Of a stretch of DNA of 32,000 nt, positions 29,187 through 32,000 are shown piece by piece. The notes under the pieces were generated by a model. It worked only from the letters and a program-made list of their open reading frames with translations, ran no database searches and was not told where the DNA came from. The DNA lies in contig NZ_CP042911.1 of the NCBI RefSeq assembly GCF_008065095.1, forward strand, positions 960,001 through 992,000, written 5' to 3'. The translations under genes were made by a program, and so were the position numbers. Origin of the DNA: Gemmata obscuriglobus. GTDB taxonomy: Bacteria > Planctomycetota > Planctomycetia > Gemmatales > Gemmataceae. Each line of letters opens with the position of its first letter. The stretch's first letter is position 1.

Positions 29187-30386
29187 ATGGTGCGCACCCT
29201 CATCGGCCTGTCGGTCGGCTCGGGGCTGGAAGGCGTGGACGCCGCGGCGGTCCGGGCCGACGGGCTCGGGCTGGGGCTCGCGCTGCGCGTGGTCGCGGCC
29301 CCCAGGGTCGCGTTCCCGCCCGGCGTCCGGGACGCGTTCCGTGCCGCGCACGGGGCTCCGGCGCCGCTCGCGCCCGAGGTCGTCCGCACGGCGGCCGAGA
29401 CGCTCGTGTTCGCCGCCCGGCAGGCGCTGACCCGGGCCGCCGTGTCCCCCCGCGACGCGTTCGCGATCGGGTTCCTCGAACCGACCCGCCCCGCGGCCCC
29501 GGTGTCGGTGCGGTGGGCCGAGGTCGCCGAGCGGGTCGCCGAGCAGACCGGTGTCACCGTCCTGCACGGGTTCGCCGACCGCGACCGGGCGGCGGGCGGC
29601 GCGGGGCGGCCGGTCACCGCGGTCGCGGACTACATTCTCTTTCGCGACCCGACCGAGTCGCGCCTGCTGGTCCACCTCGGCGCGGTGTCACAGGTGCTCC
29701 TGCTCCCGGCGGGCGGAACGATCCCGACGGCGTTCGGGGGGGAACCCGGCCCCGGCAACCAACTCCTCGACCAGATCCTGTTCCACGGCACGAAGGGGCG
29801 CGAATTCAGCGACCTGGGCGGCAAGCACGCCGTTCAGGGGCGGTGCCTGGAGCCGCTCCTCGCGCGGTGGGCGGACCACCCGCACCTCACCCGGGCGCTT
29901 CCCAAAACGGTTCACCCCGAAGCCTTCGGGCGCAGCTTCCTTCTGGCGGCGTTCGAGTCGGCCCGGTTGCTCGGCGGCGGGCTCCCCGACCTCCTCTGCA
30001 CCGCGACGCACCTGGCGGCCCGCGCGATCGGCGCGGCGTGCCGGGCGCCGCACATGCGCCCCGACGGCCCGCGCCGGGTGCTCCTCACCGGCGGCGGGGT
30101 GCGGAACGGGTTCCTGTGGCAACTCGTGGCGAAGCAGTTCGCCGGGGGCGTCGAGCGAGCCGACGCGGCCGGTGTGCCCGCGCTGACGCGGAACGCCGCC
30201 GCCGCTGCCGTACTCGCCGCGCTAACGTGCGACGGCGTGCCCGGCAACCTGCCCCTCCTCACGGGCGCGGCGGGGGGCCGGTTACTGGGGCAGATCTCGC
30301 CCGGCGACGGCCGGAACTGGGCGCGGTGCTCGGCGTGGCTCGCGGATCAGACGGGCGATTACCCGCGTGCGAACCGGGCCGCGTGA
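29187..30386 (+). CDS. Anhydro-N-acetylmuramic acid kinase (AnmK)-like protein, divergent
   Basis: Start MVRTLIGLSVGSGLEGVDAAAV uses ATG at 29187. It is collinear with E. coli AnmK landmarks: DRDRAAGGAGRP (cf. RRRDIALGGQGAP), GPGNQLLD (cf. GPGNMLMD), LLTGGGVRN (cf. VCGGGSRN) and VPGNLPLLTGA (cf. LPGNLPSVTGA). Confidence 0.75.
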   Translation: MVRTLIGLSVGSGLEGVDAAAVRADGLGLGLALRVVAAPRVAFPPGVRDAFRAAHGAPAPLAPEVVRTAAETLVFAARQALTRAAVSPRDAFAIGFLEPTRPAAPVSVRWAEVAERVAEQTGVTVLHGFADRDRAAGGAGRPVTAVADYILFRDPTESRLLVHLGAVSQVLLLPAGGTIPTAFGGEPGPGNQLLDQILFHGTKGREFSDLGGKHAVQGRCLEPLLARWADHPHLTRALPKTVHPEAFGRSFLLAAFESARLLGGGLPDLLCTATHLAARAIGAACRAPHMRPDGPRRVLLTGGGVRNGFLWQLVAKQFAGGVERADAAGVPALTRNAAAAAVLAALTCDGVPGNLPLLTGAAGGRLLGQISPGDGRNWARCSAWLADQTGDYPRANRAA

Positions 30387-30402
30387 CCCACGGGGCGAAC
30401 GC

Positions 30403-31323
30403 ATGCCGGATAACCACTACGATCAGGCGAGTCGGTTCGCGGCCCGTCTCGACGCCGCAGCGTTCCTTGCGTGGCTGCTCAACCTGCCGGCCGCCGAGTT
30501 CGGGTTTCGCGGCTGGCTTGATACGCGAGGCGTGCCGTTTCCGGGCGCCCCGGACCGCACATCCGATACAGTTGCGCATCTCACACGTGCCGATGAGGCC
30601 GGTGTGCCGTGGCTCGTCGCGATCGAATTCCAGACGAAACCCGATCCAGAAATGTTCGGCCGGTTACTGGGCTACTTATCCGAGCTGTGGATGGAGCGGA
30701 AACCGGATGCCGAGCGCGGGAGCCGCTTTCACCTCGGCGCGGCGGTTGTTAACCTGACCGGTAACGGGCTCGCATCACGTGCGATGAACTGGCCCGCGGC
30801 GGGGCTGCTCACGCAACTGGCCGTCGCCGAGCGCAACCTCGCGAGCGAATCGGCCGCCGACCTGCTCGCCGGAATCGAATCCGGGCGCTGGTCGCGGGTG
30901 CTACTACCGTGGGCGCCGCTTATGGCCGGCGGCGATCAGCCCGACCTCATCGACTACTGGAAAGCGCTCGCGGAAGCTGAGCCAAACACCCGGCGCAAGA
31001 GCGAAATTGGCGGGCTGGCGCTGGTGTTCGCTGAGAAGGCGAGCGGCCGGGACACGTGGCAACGGAAACTGGAGGGCTGGAACGTGGAAGAATCCGCTCT
31101 GGTAAACAGTTGGATCGCCCGCGGCAAGGAGATCGGCAGGGAGATCGGCAGCGTCGAAGCGGCGCGGCGGACCGTATTGAGACTTGGGGCGAAGCGGTTC
31201 GGCGGGGCGACACCGACCGTGAGCATGGCGATTCAAACGATGTCGGATCACGGGCGATTAGAACGCATTATCGACCGCATCTTCGACGCGGCGAGCTGGG
31301 ACGATCTGCTTACCACGGAGTGA
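30403..31323 (+). CDS. Rpn-family recombination-promoting nuclease / putative transposase (PD-(D/E)xK core plus DUF4351-type C-terminus)
   Basis: ATG at 30403. The core reads SDTVAHL...PWLVAIEFQTKPD (D...E-x-K type). The C-terminal GKEIGREIGSVEAARRTVLRLGAKRFGGATPTVSMAIQTMSDHGRLERIIDRIFDAASWDDLL matches my recollection of the DUF4351 tail. Confidence 0.7.
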   Translation: MPDNHYDQASRFAARLDAAAFLAWLLNLPAAEFGFRGWLDTRGVPFPGAPDRTSDTVAHLTRADEAGVPWLVAIEFQTKPDPEMFGRLLGYLSELWMERKPDAERGSRFHLGAAVVNLTGNGLASRAMNWPAAGLLTQLAVAERNLASESAADLLAGIESGRWSRVLLPWAPLMAGGDQPDLIDYWKALAEAEPNTRRKSEIGGLALVFAEKASGRDTWQRKLEGWNVEESALVNSWIARGKEIGREIGSVEAARRTVLRLGAKRFGGATPTVSMAIQTMSDHGRLERIIDRIFDAASWDDLLTTE

Positions 31324-31326
31324 CGG

Positions 31327-32000
31327 TCAGCCCACGAGCTTCCGCGCGAGCACCACCGCGCCCGTTACCGGGGCGTCCACCACGCCCACCGGTCCTGGGG
31401 TCACCCCGCAGGACCGCAGCTCGCTCAGGAACCGCTCGCGGTACGCCGCGTTCTGGACCACCAGCCCGCCCGTCAGCGCCACCGGCACACCCTCGGTCGG
31501 CAACCCGCCGGCCCGCACCGCGCCGGCCGCCGTTTGCGCGAGTTCGCGCGTCTCCTGCTCGAAAATGCTCCGCGCCGTTGCGTCACCGGACGCGGCGGCG
31601 GCCAGAACCAGCGGCGCCAGCGCCGCGATCGCCGCCTTGTCCCACTTCCCCCGGTACACCGCGGGGATGAACTCCCGCGGGTCGCTCGATCCGAGTTCCT
31701 TCAGTAGCACCGGCAGCAGCGCCGTCGGCTCCCCGATGCCGTCGGCGGCGCGGCACGCGGCGCGCAACCCGAGCAGCCCCGTCCGGAACGCGCTCCCCTC
31801 GTCGCCGAGCAGGTAGCCCCAACCGCCGGCGCGGGCGTCGCGGCCCTGCGCGTCGAGCGCGAACGCGATCGAGCCCGTTCCGGCGATCACCGCCAGCCCC
31901 CACCCGTCGGGCGTCCCGGCGGCGAACAGCAGCGTCGCGTCGTTCGCGACGCTCACCTTGTCGGCGAGCTGAGCGAGGTCGGCCCACCCGAGGATCACGT
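31327..32000 (-). CDS. BadF/BadG/BcrA/BcrD-type ATPase (N-acetylglucosamine kinase-like); C-terminal part only, 5' end beyond the window.
   Basis: VIAGTGSIAF...GGWGYLLGDEGSAF...VALTGGL are hallmark motifs of the BadF/GlcNAc-kinase ASKHA family. The frame is open to the window edge. Confidence 0.8.
   Translation of the reverse strand, partial: VILGWADLAQLADKVSVANDATLLFAAGTPDGWGLAVIAGTGSIAFALDAQGRDARAGGWGYLLGDEGSAFRTGLLGLRAACRAADGIGEPTALLPVLLKELGSSDPREFIPAVYRGKWDKAAIAALAPLVLAAAASGDATARSIFEQETRELAQTAAGAVRAGGLPTEGVPVALTGGLVVQNAAYRERFLSELRSCGVTPGPVGVVDAPVTGAVVLARKLVG

Overview
Very GC-rich bacterial chromosomal window. Long off-frame and antisense ORFs occur on both strands, so most of the ORF track is compositional artefact. 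I support about 20 real CDS, no rRNA or tRNA, no CRISPR array and no intact transposon. Gene content and a LEDRTTPA-type N-terminus on a secreted protease suggest a Planctomycete (Gemmataceae-like) host; this is inference only. Gene order: (1) a YfbK-like vWA protein, 5' end outside the window. (2) A minus-strand efflux/detox block of lipoprotein MFP, RND permease A, a 600-bp spacer, RND permease B, a small 4-TM protein and an arylamine N-acetyltransferase. (3) A large S8 subtilase with a proprotein-convertase P-domain. (4) A small Lys-rich protein bracketed by three long perfect inverted repeats. (5) A membrane-anchored vWA protein. (6) An ABC-2 permease and ABC ATPase, separated by an oppositely oriented 68-aa basic ORF. 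(7) A secreted helical-repeat protein ending in CxxCH. (8) metH. (9) A 1.36-kb non-coding gap with an orphan intrinsic terminator and structured RNA candidates. (10) glnA followed by a C26 glutamine-amidotransferase homologue that lacks the nucleophile Cys. (11) A divergent AnmK-like kinase, an Rpn/DUF4351 PD-(D/E)xK nuclease, and a partial BadF/GlcNAc-kinase-type ATPase. I found no obvious complete novel multi-gene system. The best leads are the structured leader or ncRNA upstream of metH, the Cys-less amidotransferase next to glnA, the set of 25-35 bp perfect palindromes, the small basic ORF splitting the ABC pair, and the atypical tandem RND pumps linked to NAT. All homology calls rest on motifs read by eye; no database search was possible.
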